Source: Phallusia mammillata
Taxonomy: Eukaryota
Assembly: GCA_965637545.1 (NCBI GenBank)
Contig: OZ281495.1
Coordinates: 4,402,001-4,466,000 of the forward strand
DNA length: 64,000 nucleotides
Direction of reading: 5' to 3'
Shown in pieces: positions 33,829 through 45,760 of this stretch; the first letter of the stretch is position 1; each line of letters opens with the position of its first letter. The position numbers and the translations under genes are program-made. Under the pieces are notes generated by a model. The model had not been told where the DNA came from. It made no database searches and worked only from the letters and a program-made list of their open reading frames with translations.

Positions 33829-35219
33829 AGCAAATTGCCAGCGACGTAGAGTAAAACGTATTCATTTTTATTAAAACAGACGTTTCGACAAAACTATTGT
33901 CATCATCAGTGTAAAATTTAATGCACCATGCAGCACAACCTTACGTTTTAATGGGAAACACTACAAACAGATAAATGGTGTGGCAATTGGGTCCCCAATC
34001 GCCCCCTTATTAGCCGATGTTTTTATGAACTTTCTAATCGACAAAGCCTTAGCTTCAACACCTTCTAAAAACAAACCCGATCATCTCTGTCGGTATGTCG
34101 ACGATCTGTTCGTTGTGTTTTCCTCGCAAACTTTGCTGCAAAAGTTTTTCAAGAGGGTGAATGCAGTTTATCGGAGCATATCTTTCACACAATAACTAGA
34201 GTTAAACAACACTATCAATTACTTAGGTGTGCTCGTAACTAATACACCCAATGGCAAAGACACTACCACCTACCGCAAGCCTACCCACAGTGGACTCAGC
34301 AAGTGGGACAGTTTTGTACCACTTCACCATTAACCTCGTTAACTGCCTTAAAAAGAGCATATAATATCTCCAGTTCCTACAAAATTATGGACCAAGAGTT
34401 TGGAACAGTACAATCCATGCTTGCCTTCAATGGATACCCTGTAACCTTCCTTGACGGCTGTGTTAAAGGGTTTCTCAACAGATGTCATCGCCCCACACTT
34501 ATATCTTCACCCAAGCGATCAGAAACCACGCATTTTGAAACCATGTGTCTCCCCTTTATAGGACCCACATTTTACAATATAGCGCGAGAGCTCACGGGAA
34601 TTGTGAAATGCACAATACTCGATGTGGAACTACGTGTTATCCACAAACCGACAAAAATTGGCAGTTTCTTTTCTATCAAAGACCGCCTTTGCAACAACCT
34701 TCGCTGCAGTGTTGTTTATAGGCTTACGTGTTCGTGTGAGTCCTCATATATTGGTGAGAAACAACGAAATTTAGTAAGTCGAATAAAAGAGCACCAGACC
34801 AACGAAAAATCGGAAGTATGTAGGCATCTTCAGACTAACCCTACGCATAGGGTCAACTTCACCGAACCAGAAATATTGGACGCAACATCGGATCGGACTC
34901 GTTTGTTTATTCTGGAGTCGCTTCTTATCCAGCAACATGTACCGGGGCTGAACGTGGACACAACTTCGATCCATCTGCGGCTTTTTAACACCTAATTCTG
35001 TCGACAACCTTTTATCAGCGTGACGCAGCAGTTTAAAGTTTTCTCCTTACTTTTGCCTGTATATAAACGCGCTTGTTTTCCGCTGGTGCATTACATTTTA
35101 CACTGATGATGACAATAGTTTTGTCGAAACAATAGACAATAGTTTTGTCGAAACAATAGTTTTGTCGTCTGTTTTAACAAAAATGAATACGTTTTACTCT
35201 GCGTCGCTGGCAATTTGCT
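33829..35219 (+). mobile_element. 5'-truncated, degenerate Penelope-like retroelement (RT C-terminus + GIY-YIG endonuclease)
   Basis: YKQINGVAIGSPIAPLLADVFM...CRYVDDLF (to a stop at 34195), then ORF 34303-34995 with VVYRLTCSCESSYIGEKQRNLVSRIKEH (GIY-YIG). Flanks 33829-33928 and 35084-35219 are inverted copies, as is typical of Penelope termini. Confidence 0.9.
33876..33912 (-). ncRNA. Minimal type I hammerhead ribozyme motif in the Penelope terminal repeat
   Basis: Minus strand reads ACA-CTGATGA-T-GACAA-TAGTT-TTGTC-GAAAC-GTC-TGT. It has the conserved CUGAUGA and GAAA boxes, a 5-bp stem II, a palindromic ACGT stem III and a GUC cleavage triplet. Confidence 0.75.
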
Positions 35220-35933
35220 GTCTATTAAAGACATTATTCAAGTCCGTGTCTTGTGTACCTATTTTTATTTGTTTTCCACATGCATGCTGCCATCACGGGC
35301 ATGCTGCCATCAGCCACTTGTGCCGTAACCACGCACTACCGATTTGCATAACACAATGTGTTGCCACACGCTAACAATACCTTTTTTGAGAAAACAAACA
35401 AACAAACATGCAAAAAAGGTTTGACTCGCGGGTGTTTGACCATTCACTGTGAGGTCAGTTTAGATTCTAAACTTTAGAATGTCACTTGGTACTTCATTGC
35501 AGAAGCGGCAACCAGGATTGCGAAAACACGGCAAATCATGTAACACGTGGAATATCAACATTCAAAAAGGAAGCAGTGAAACAAAACAAATAAAAAACAA
35601 TAATTGCAATCATGTGAAAACAAAGGCAAAGTATTGGTAACAGTTAAAGGTATTTAAATAATAATAGAAATAAAAGATACATTATACGTGTTCGCGACAA
35701 TAGAAAGGTTATAAAGATGACGTGCAATGTAATAAATGAACTAAGTTAATGATCAATATCACCAGCAGTTAGGATGGTAACTGACGCGGTACAAACGCGT
35801 TAAAGTCCACCGAACCTGTTAGAACTCCAGAAGCAATACGCAACATTTAGTTTTTTTTAAAGCTCATTAATTAACTTTATGTCATACCTGCGTAATTGTA
35901 CATAAAAAAAGTGTAAAATGGTAGTTATAGATT

Positions 35934-35992
35934 GTCGTCTGCAGGACATGACACAATTGTTGCCGTATGATAATATACTCACTAAGTGTCGT
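35934..35992 (+). promoter_or_regulatory. GTCGTCTGCAGGAC ... CACTAAGTGTCGT motif pair, copy 2
   Basis: Homologous to 15246-15299, ~520 bp upstream of block copy 4. Confidence 0.4.
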
Positions 35993-36454
35993 TCTTGAGC
36001 AGTGTTACAAATAGGTATGTTTGTCGCTTGTTGGGGTACGGTGCAGTGAGGTAAAAATGTGGGTTAGATTATTATTGGTGCATGCTCTTTTGGCACCGCG
36101 CCATTAAATAAACAATATATGATTGTGAAACTACTTGCATATTAACTGAGCAAACGGCAAGTGTATTATACACGAAGGGCCTAATTTTTAGTTAATACAG
36201 AAGTAGAAAAAGCCGTAACGTTATGTTGATTTGATATACGAAACGCCTTAAGCTATTTTGCGAATTTCTGCGTGTTTGGTTTACACCAGTGTTTAATACC
36301 GAAATTTTAACACAAAACAATCACGATGGAACAATCAAACTGATGGATAATTACTTTCAGAAAAGAAACTCTATCTTACTGAATGGTTGAGTAGGTTGCA
36401 GTTGATTTATTTAAAAATATTGGTCCTTCAAAACACCGTTTAAAACATTCGTGC

Positions 36455-36700
36455 AATGGTGGGATCGATTAACACAATCCCGTGATCACAACTATAAACT
36501 GCCGACAACTCGCCCCGGAATGGAACTCAAACACAGGAAAGCAAGACAATTTACGGGTTTCAAACATAGCTTGATGCCGGTGTCCAGGTTACGAGCATTT
36601 TCAGCTATTAATAAACTGTAGTTGTTTGCAGTCTGTTAAATCGCGTGACTGGAACTGAAATCAGTTTTTAGTTGATGGACGTAACAATTAATTTGGCTTT
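36455..36700 (+). repeat. Conserved intergenic block, copy 4
   Basis: Contains AATCCCGTGATCAC and AAATCGCGTGACTGGAACT. The flank resumes after the piggyBac insertion at ~38272-38650. Confidence 0.8.
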
Positions 36701-36871
36701 TACCCAGAGTTTAATGCAAAATCTGTTTTAAAACAAGTACACAAAAGCCTTCTTTTTTAAAGAATGACGAAACTGGAAATGTCATGGGTCATATGATATA
36801 TCCGTTTCCCATGAGACTTATGCAACTGTCTTTCTAATATAGAAGGGATACAAGTTTTTTTTAATTATTAA

Positions 36872-38267
36872 CACTAGAACGGCCGTGGTGTCGAAATCGA
36901 CACCTTTTTAATTTCGATGTGTATTTTTTGCTAGTAAATACAGCTGCTTCAATATGAATCTTTCAGTAGCTTCCTAACTTTGATTGAAGAGTGTGTCTAA
37001 CTTTTTTTGAAAACACTGTGTTAACGAATTTTTTTCTACAAGCTGTTTTACATCCAACGGCCGAGGTGTCAAAATCGACACCATAACATTTTAAGCGAAA
37101 AACAGTGTGATACTCTTACTTGTTAACCAGAATACAGTGGTATAAAACTAGGCAGAAACCATGTTTTCATAAATACGTGTTTGTACATCTCATTTACATA
37201 CTGATACAGCATTTTCGCATAGTTTATGACATAGTTTAACCGCTCATGTAGAATATACTGTTATACTTTGCTGCAAAAAAGACTAATCGTACATCTATAA
37301 CATAGATCTGCTCAGAAATAAGTTGTCATCGCAGAAATTCAGAGATGTAGATACACAGCAGCAGAAGTTTTAACATTAGTTCATGAAGATTCCGACTCTG
37401 ATAAAATGGAAGATTCTCTGGTATGTGAGATTAAGTCTTCGAGTGCTGCGGAGTTGTGTAGTGAAAGCAGTTCTTCATCAGAGGATGAAAATGATAACGA
37501 ATGTTTAGTTACATCCAGTGGTGGGATTCAGATGGTTCGCACCGGTTCTATAGAACCGTCTCACGAAATTTTATGAGATCAGCGAACCGGTTAGCATTAC
37601 TGGTTACTGTCAACGGACTTTTTGTAACAGAACCTGCTGAAAAATATGACTTTTGTGATAGAACCGGCTGACATAAAAATTACATCCCACCACTGGTTAC
37701 ATCCCAATACACCGCAAGAAACGGAGAGACATGGACCCCTTTACTATATGCCAGGAGCGTACGTTCAAGTCCTCCGAATATAGTGCGAGTGAGATCAGGT
37801 GTCAGTCCCAATGTTTGCTACAAGGCTCGTAGGAGCCCTTATGATTGCTGGAAATTGTTCGTCGACAATCCTATGTTGGCAAACATAAAAGCACATACAA
37901 TGAGCGAAGCTGCAATTAATGCACCAAACTTCGTTTTTTTTCAATGGAAAAACTGAAAGCCTTTATCGCCTTACAGTATGCAACAGGTATTTGCGACAAA
38001 AGCCAACAAAATTTTGTATTTTGGAAACTGAACTTTTATACAATATTTTTTTGCATTTTAGCTTCTGAGAATCAATTATCTTAGCAAGGTCATCTTAGCA
38101 AGTATAAATTTACTGTAGCGTTATAAATAGATGCATACCATGTCCTGTGTTCACTTTATACATGTTCCGTTGGGGTTAATCAATAAAAAATATCGAAATT
38201 TATTGATGGTGTCGTTTTCGACACCATCGGCTGTTGGAGGTATACATTTTTTTCGGCCGTTTTAGTG
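36872..38267 (+). mobile_element. piggyBac deletion derivative
   Basis: TTAA TSDs at 36868-36871 and 38268-38271. TIR CACTAGAACGGCCG / CGGCCGTTTTAGTG (13/14 match). Degenerate transposase pieces: acidic N-terminus at ~37345-37500 and SPYDCWKLFVDNPMLANIKAHT...LKAFIALQYATGI at ~37835-37990. Confidence 0.88.
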
Positions 38268-39787
38268 TTAATCAAATAATTCATCAAACAATTGTAAGTC
38301 CCATTTTATTTTTTAAAAACTAACTTTATTTATTACTCGACTTTATTTGTTATTGAAGTAATGTAAGTTACTTTGAAACATTGCAGTGCAAATCTTAGTC
38401 ATAAAAATAAAGTTGTCTTATACTCAATTTACCAAACGTCACACTGCACAGTGTATTTAAAAAACACACCGGGCCAATTAAATTCAAAACCTAATTTTCA
38501 CGGTTAACATACATTTGCTGCCTTTCTCAAAGCATGAATTGTTTCCCACGACAGGATGTACCAGTATTTGTTTCACTATGTAAAGTGATTTCTTTATGCA
38601 ACGTTATAGACATATTGCGTCAGTAAAGCAACATTGTAACAAGCGAGAAAACATGTTTGTAAAGGTTTATCAGTCTATAAAAAGGTTTAATGGCTTTAGG
38701 TTTTCAGCGATTTGTACATGGCAAACGAACCTGACTATCGTATTTTTAAGCACTTCTCGTCAACCCATGAATGTAATGGGTAAAAGTGAGTCTTTCATTC
38801 AAAATACGGTCAAAACATTTCTCGATGTATCCAACAACCTTTGAAGACAGCTTTTACATTTTTTTAAATTAAAAGAATAACGTAATCAAACACAGACAAG
38901 GTTCATAAATGCGATGCATGCTATTCATGTGAAGATTACTTTCCGGGTTGTGGTGCACTGTTCTGTTAGTTACTTTGCGTATATCCGTGTTGCGGGAAAT
39001 GCAAAAAGTCTAAATGCAATTTGCCCTGCGTCCCACGCGCCTTAACGTTATCTCCATACAGATGCTGTCTCCTAGAAGAATGAGTTTATAAACAGACTCG
39101 GACTGACTTTGCCGGGCATTTGCGCGAGTTCAATCAGTTTATTCTTGCTGCGTTCAGTGCGTTATCTACTGTCCTTGTCGCACAATGCGCGCACTTTCGA
39201 TTTCGAAATTGAGTTTGTACAGTTTAAAGTCATTGTCTTTGCAGGACTTGAGAAGAACCGAAAACGACCAAAAGGAACAAGCGCAATTTGCCGTTGATTA
39301 CAGGCTTTGACGTAGAACTGAATGACTTAAATATTGTGCTTGATTTTTTTCCAAACCTTACTGTAAACCTTACGGCAAGCATTTCGGCAATTGCTGTTGA
39401 TTGGAATTGGTTTGAAATGGCAGATAATTTTTACTAATAAACTGTTTGAAAACAGGTTTCAAAAATCAGCAGTGCGTTCTACGAAAACCGATCTCTTTTA
39501 TTATATATTACTGAATCAAGATGAAAAGTTTGCAGTTTTAGTTCGTATTGAACAATCTTAACGTGGTGTTTCAGAAATGCAGTAATGAAAACAGTTACCA
39601 ACTAACTGTGTATTAAGAAAGATACCTAATACTCGCGATGCCCACAGTCGTAGCAGCAAATATTTAAACAAGGACAATGCCTTTCGTTTTGACAGATCTT
39701 ACTCCGAGCAGTATACTCAGTTTGATTAAAGTTGTGCAGACATTACTCTGAAATTGATCAAGCTTTTCATGGAACTGCTGCTGTGTA

Positions 39788-42700
39788 ATGCATTGGAGAA
39801 TGCTTTCAATAGTAATCGCTGTTCTTGCAATAGCATATGCTGCAGGTAAGTTGTGTTATAAGTTCAACAAAACCTTGATATGACCTAAAAAGAGCAAAAT
39901 GGGCAGCGATAACAAGTAAGCTAAAAGTAAAGTCTTCGATATCACCAGCCGTACAAAAGTGCATAGCAATACGAATTTATTTTCTAAAACAGAGAACCTG
40001 CAAGTGGATGTCTAGGCAACATGCGAAGTCACTGGAAATAGTTTCAAAGCGTTTGCACTGGAATAAAAACTTTATTGGCGCGAACTTTGTAAGCACGTAT
40101 AAAAAAGGTTTCAAAACTACGCTTTCAAAACACCTCTGTTAGTGTACAATGTTACTTACTGATTTATTATGTTAGCAAACAATCAGGTTTTTATCATGCC
40201 AAAAAAATCAACATAACAATTGTTTCGTCAGGATTTATAAAATCTAGCATTTCAAATGAAATACTTTTTTTGCCTTCTGAAAATAAGGTGTGTATGTATT
40301 ATAAAAGCATTTTTGCATAAAACGAACTTTGAAATACCAAAAACCAAGTGTTTGCATTTTGCGGTATTATCAGTTCCTGTAAAATACACATTGTTACACA
40401 AGACTAATCGAAAAAATGTAAATCTGTAAATTGTTTAGACTTGTATCCACGTCAAACAACTTGGGCATCAAAATACTATGGAACAATGTATTGGTACAGT
40501 GAGTGTTACGGAAGCGGAAACAATCCGCCTGATGTGACGTGGACAGTCACGTTAAACAACAACTTTACAACATACGAAATATACATATGGTGCTGGAGTT
40601 GCAGTGTTCCAAACTACACCAAAGGAGCATTTAATTTGACCGGATTACACACAACGATTACCTACAACGATACTTGTATGAACACAACGTTTAGTGTAAC
40701 TTTGCCCAGAGAGTTTACTTTGGACAAAAGCATTGTTCAAATCGATACACGAAACGTTGAACCTATAACAAGATACATTGTAATCCAAGGTTGGTACCAA
40801 AAGCTGTTTAAATATTTTTCTACAGGTAAATTTCGGTTGAAAACACACTCCAAGCGTTTCAAACATAGTAATCCCAAAATTATTGATATATTAACGAATA
40901 ATTAGTGTACGTAGCAAATAATTGCAAATCTAAGCTAACTTAAAAAGATTTTTTATGATTTCATAAAGGATGATTTAGATAAAAGTTGCAAAACTGTTGC
41001 ATGCCAAGTTGCAAACGCACTGGCGAGAAGAAAACAACTGGATACGTATGTAAACTGCAACAAGAAATAATCAATTGACGATTCGCTCGTTGCAAATATT
41101 TGACTAGCCCAAACCAAGATCTGGTTTTGTATGATCAACTAAAGACATACCCTGTTGCGTATTGCATTCAGAATGCCAGAAAGAGTTGAACTTACATGTT
41201 TCTGTGTCTGCTCTGAATGGTTACTACAACACTCAAGGACAATTTTGTTGTGCAAATGATGGAAGTTTGTTTACAAACAGTGGAAAACCAGCCACCGATA
41301 ATACCACAATATGTTTGTCAACTGCTGAATGGGATCATGAAAACATGGTTGAGTGTTGGTTAGGTAAGGAAAGTACGTTTGTGGGGTAAACCCGTAACGG
41401 AGGGACTTACATTGGATTTGTGCAGCACCGGTTCCGACCCTGGGAGTCAATGGAAATATAACCGCCACATTCTCTAGCACAGAAAACGATACTTTGAAAC
41501 TGGAATGTTTTTACACTGACGCATATCCGGTTGGAACTAATACGATCTATTACAAAGGAGGGGATGTTCTTGTAATTGTTTCTAAAGTAAGTCAAATTTA
41601 GTATAGATTTTTCGATACAGCTGTAATGGGCCGGGTAATGGAATTAGATCAATTTTCAACAGGCTCTAAAACGAGTAGTTTTGTCTAGCCCCCCATCCGT
41701 TGAGTAACAACATTGTTAAACATGCAAACGCGTTGACTTAATGTTTGTTGAGTAATATTCAAAGATAGTTGGATCAGGGAAGCAACTGGTAAACCAAAAC
41801 GACTAAACTAAACAAACAATGCAAGCAATCACTTTGACTTTTTGTATTACATGTAATTGACCAAATTCGTAATAACAAAGAGTTTCCCTCTAGTGCAGGC
41901 CATCCACTTACGGCTAATGACGCCCATTTTTAAATTAAGCAAGGCTCTTTGTAATCCTCATTCACATTGCACAAAAATATATGCACAGGCTACTCCGGTG
42001 CATTTCATTTCAACACGTAACGACAACAATCTCAATGTATCATGCCAAGCTGTGACTCCATACACGGAATACGAAAACACAGTTGGACGTTCACCAGTAA
42101 CTTTGCCCAATGTACAGTGTAAGTTGAACTTTTTGCATGTATAGATCACGCATGCAATATTCTCGTGTCAACATACACATCAGTGAAATCTGGTGGAACA
42201 TTTCCTCTGCATCGACAAAAAAGGTTCCATTTTATTGTTTCAAATAAATGATGCAAATTCAGTTGCAACGTAAACAATTCACGTTCATTCGAATAACACA
42301 AATGAAACCAGTAGATCACAACAAATACCCAAATATTACACTTGTTTCAAACAGTGTTTTTAGTTTCGGAAAAGTGTTATTGACTGTCCCAAGGCAATTA
42401 GTAAGTTCAGTCACAGGCAAAGATATTCTTGATTTTATAAAACTTTAAATTGAAAAACATCTGTTATAAATATATCAGTAAAATTTTGTTTTGCGATTGC
42501 AAAAGGTAAATGTATGAGTATTTTAAACTCAATTATTTTGCAGATCCACCATTGCTTGACAAGATTATTGTAACTTCACTGCAGCTATTTGTTGAAAATA
42601 AGTATGGTGTTTTTCTTGATGGCCAACAAACTGCGACACTAAATTGTTCAAGAGAAGCAAATCCACCAGCTAGTTGTGAATTCCAAATTGGCGACCTGAC

Positions 42701-43597
42701 CCAAAGTGAAAGTTCTTGTGTATTGTCTCACAGTTTTACAGATACAGCATTGGTTTCATGCTATGCAAGTAATATTGCTGGTAGTGGATTTTCACAACTT
42801 AATGTCACAGTTGTTACAGAACGTGAGTTTCAATGTTGCTTGGTCTGGTAAGTGCTAATTGCCACAGCTAAATTGATACACTTTTGGCAGGAACATCTGA
42901 AGTTAATCAGCCTGAAGTAAACAACACATCCACAAAAGCTGGAGAAAACGTTACCTTAAGTTGCTCAATGGATTATTCTGTTGAACTGGACACAAAGTAT
43001 CAGTGGCAAATTCCTGATCAGACGAGGGTTATTGACAAGCTCAGTCATATTTTAAATTTGACTAACTTAACAAGACTAGATTTGGGATACTACATTTGCA
43101 AAACAAGTGATGCTTTTAAAAACTACTCAAGCAACTATTTTTCAAATGTGGCATGTAGGTAATTTATTACTACATCGTTTAAATGAACTTGTTGAACTTT
43201 GAAGTAAGCATGCCATACAGATTCCCCACAGGAAATAAACAGTCACACATACTGCAAATCAGATGAAGTGGCAAATGGAAATTGTTTCGTAACGTTTTCA
43301 TCCAATCCACCTTCATTTCAATACACATTGACAAAAGAAGGTGAGTCAAATTTCTTGTTTTTGAAAGCTGATAATTGTTTTTTATAAACCCCTGTATTTC
43401 AGATACAATCATTGTATGTCCTTCGTGTTCCTTGGCAACTGATAGCAACGACAGCACAAACCAAACTTTTGTTTTGATGATGGAGGTTTGTTAAGTGTTT
43501 TTAGACATAACTTATGGTTGCATCTTTAAAAGCTTTGTAACAAACCAAAATAACACGTTACTTATTATAGGAATTACTAACCAAAAATTTGCCATGA
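39788..43597 (+). CDS. Gene E: large-family paralog lacking a TM exon (predicted secreted, ~554 aa, or incipient pseudogene)
   Basis: Exons 39788-39845 (MHWRMLSIVIAVLAIAYAA), 40439-40789, 41172-41363, 41426-41586, 41989-42118, 42544-42822, 42891-43154, 43221-43340 and 43403-43485 are all open and in phase. The next acceptor (43571) gives ELLTKNLP*. No homolog of the H TM exon is present. The last exon is less certain. Confidence 0.78.
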
Positions 43598-44891
43598 GAT
43601 AATTTACCCCAGAGAAAATGTGACATATTTTGGAGATCAATACATAGAAGTAAAGGTTTTTGTATTTCTTCATTGAAAGGATGAAAAATTTTGAGCAAAA
43701 GGGTACAAAGCAGCATTTCAGTGTAAAACATCACAATCTTTCAAAAAGTTTTTATTGTCGTCGTCAGGTAAAATATTGGCTTGTATTATTTTGCTCAGAA
43801 TATTAAGAATATTGTGTACCTAGGGGTCAAAAATGTTTTACTTCATTTTGTCATTTACAATGTCCCCAATGTCAAGCACGCGTACTAGCAAAATGCTGTT
43901 AAAAAGAATAAAAAATCTAGGATTTTGAAGAGCAAGGATGAATACATATTCACGACTCCAAACAGATGAAGTTTTCGACTACTATAGCTTTGGCACACGA
44001 TGATTTGTATTTAAGTATGCTGTAAACGCAAGTCGGTATAAACGCTTTAAGGCTGATCCTAAGAATAAATCCGTCGGTTGAATAGTGATTGAACTGACTT
44101 TTATGGTTTTACCATCAGATCTGTTTAGCACAGTTAGTAGAACTCCTATCTTTGAAAAACCTGTTAAAATGCCACCATCGATTTTCGATGTTTAAACCAC
44201 AGTGAAATTAATATTGAAATGAAATAACAGTAAACGATTTCTGGCTTGCAAGTTATAGATTAAAACAACAATCCCCGAACCATACAAATTTTGCCAACCT
44301 AGCTATTGTGAACAAGCATTCCTTGCATGTGAAACCGTGTGCTTTGGCCCAACTTCATGTATCAAAGTCAAATTACTTCCGGCTTATCAATCCTCTTTCA
44401 GCTCCACAGGCATTACGCGACGCCCGTTACACAGTTTTCAGGAACAGAACATATATAAAAAGACACAAAAGCTGTACTGCAGTCTTAAAAAGTGGCTACT
44501 TTTGGCGTCGGAACCTCGACAAGTACCTTTCCGAATTACCAACTGAGCTGCATAGACTGGGGAACCTGTAGAAAGTCGAATGACAGCTTTGTAGTTTGGT
44601 AAAGATCGAATAAAAGTCCCGATATTAGTGAGTTCTTGCCTTAACAGTTACCGAACCGAACACCCAGGCTGGATTAAAAAACAGGAATTAATTACAAAAA
44701 AAAAGGACGGACGTTTTGGAAAAACTCAAGGCCAACATTTTTTGAAAAAGTTCGTGTATTGGTAGACAACTGTGCTAAGGACATATATTTAAATTTTCGG
44801 ATGGAAAGTGCTTTAGCAGCTAATATAATGGTATTGTAAAACCTGATCAAATCGTTTGAAAACAGACATCTAAAAACGGTTATGGTAGTCT

Positions 44892-44949
44892 GTCGTCTGC
44901 AGGACGTGTCACATTGTCGCTATACAACAATTTTCTCACTAGGTGTCGC
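44892..44949 (+). promoter_or_regulatory. GTCGTCTGCAGGAC ... CACTAGGTGTCGC motif pair (CTCF-like), copy 3
   Basis: Homologous to 15246-15299, ~630 bp upstream of block copy 5. Confidence 0.45.
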
Positions 44950-45519
44950 ATTTGAGCAGTGTAAGAATTAGATATTTTAGGTTTGTCACTTGGGAGAGTA
45001 ACGAGCAACACATCAGCAAATTTGGGTAGGATGTTGACAGTTTATGAGTTGTGTGTCAGTTTTTTTGTACATTTCTGTAATTTGACAAAGGCAACAGCAT
45101 AGGCCTTGTGTATTAACTTTACAAAACAAATACTTCAAAGTGCAACTCACTTGTTAACACGAATGTCATGCTTTAAATCCATATTCAGATAATTTTTTAC
45201 TAAGTTTTAATGTGTAACGGCGCGTTGATATCATCTGACGTTTATGCCACATTTAAACATTTACTGAAAAAACATTTTTTGAAAAAAAAACAGAAAATCT
45301 CGTATTAATAAACAAACGGCATTTGGAGGTTGTATTTCGCGCAAATGTATGAACATAATGTGATCTAGACTCTAATATGTGAGGTAGTTGACATACTTAT
45401 TTCGAATTGTAATTCAAGGTAAATTAGGGGATAATTTGAAAACTAAATTTGGGAGCCTATACTGCTTTTCATTCAAGGTCAGTGGTTGTCTCTATCAAGA
45501 ACGAACCACAGGGCTAATA

Positions 45520-45760
45520 AAACACAGATGTTCTTAGTATAATGGGATCAGTCAACAGAATTTTGTTAATCACGACAATAAAACTGCTGATAAAACTCGA
45601 TTTTACTTGGAACAGGAACACTAAAAAGCAATACAATTTACGATTTGTAAACACTGGTGCCTTTGAACGAGTCGGTGAACGTGACATGAGCTTTTACGGC
45701 TTTTTATATGCTCCAATTGTTTGGCTATCAAAATCGTTTGACTGGAACAAAATCACTTTC
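45520..45760 (+). repeat. Conserved intergenic block, copy 5 (most diverged)
   Basis: Contains TTGTTAATCACGACAATAAAACTGCTGATAAAACTCG and AAAATCGTTTGACTGGAAC. Confidence 0.75.

Noticed and set aside
41989-42118. Positive selection between E and H (17 of 43 residues differ in this exon)
   Set aside because: At least 7 codons also differ synonymously and H is a pseudogene; a formal dN/dS with more sequences is needed.
44198-44204. CACAGTG heptamers (also ~54069) as RAG-type recombination signals
   Set aside because: There is no nonamer at 12 or 23 nt in the sites checked, and the genes are ordinary spliced units.
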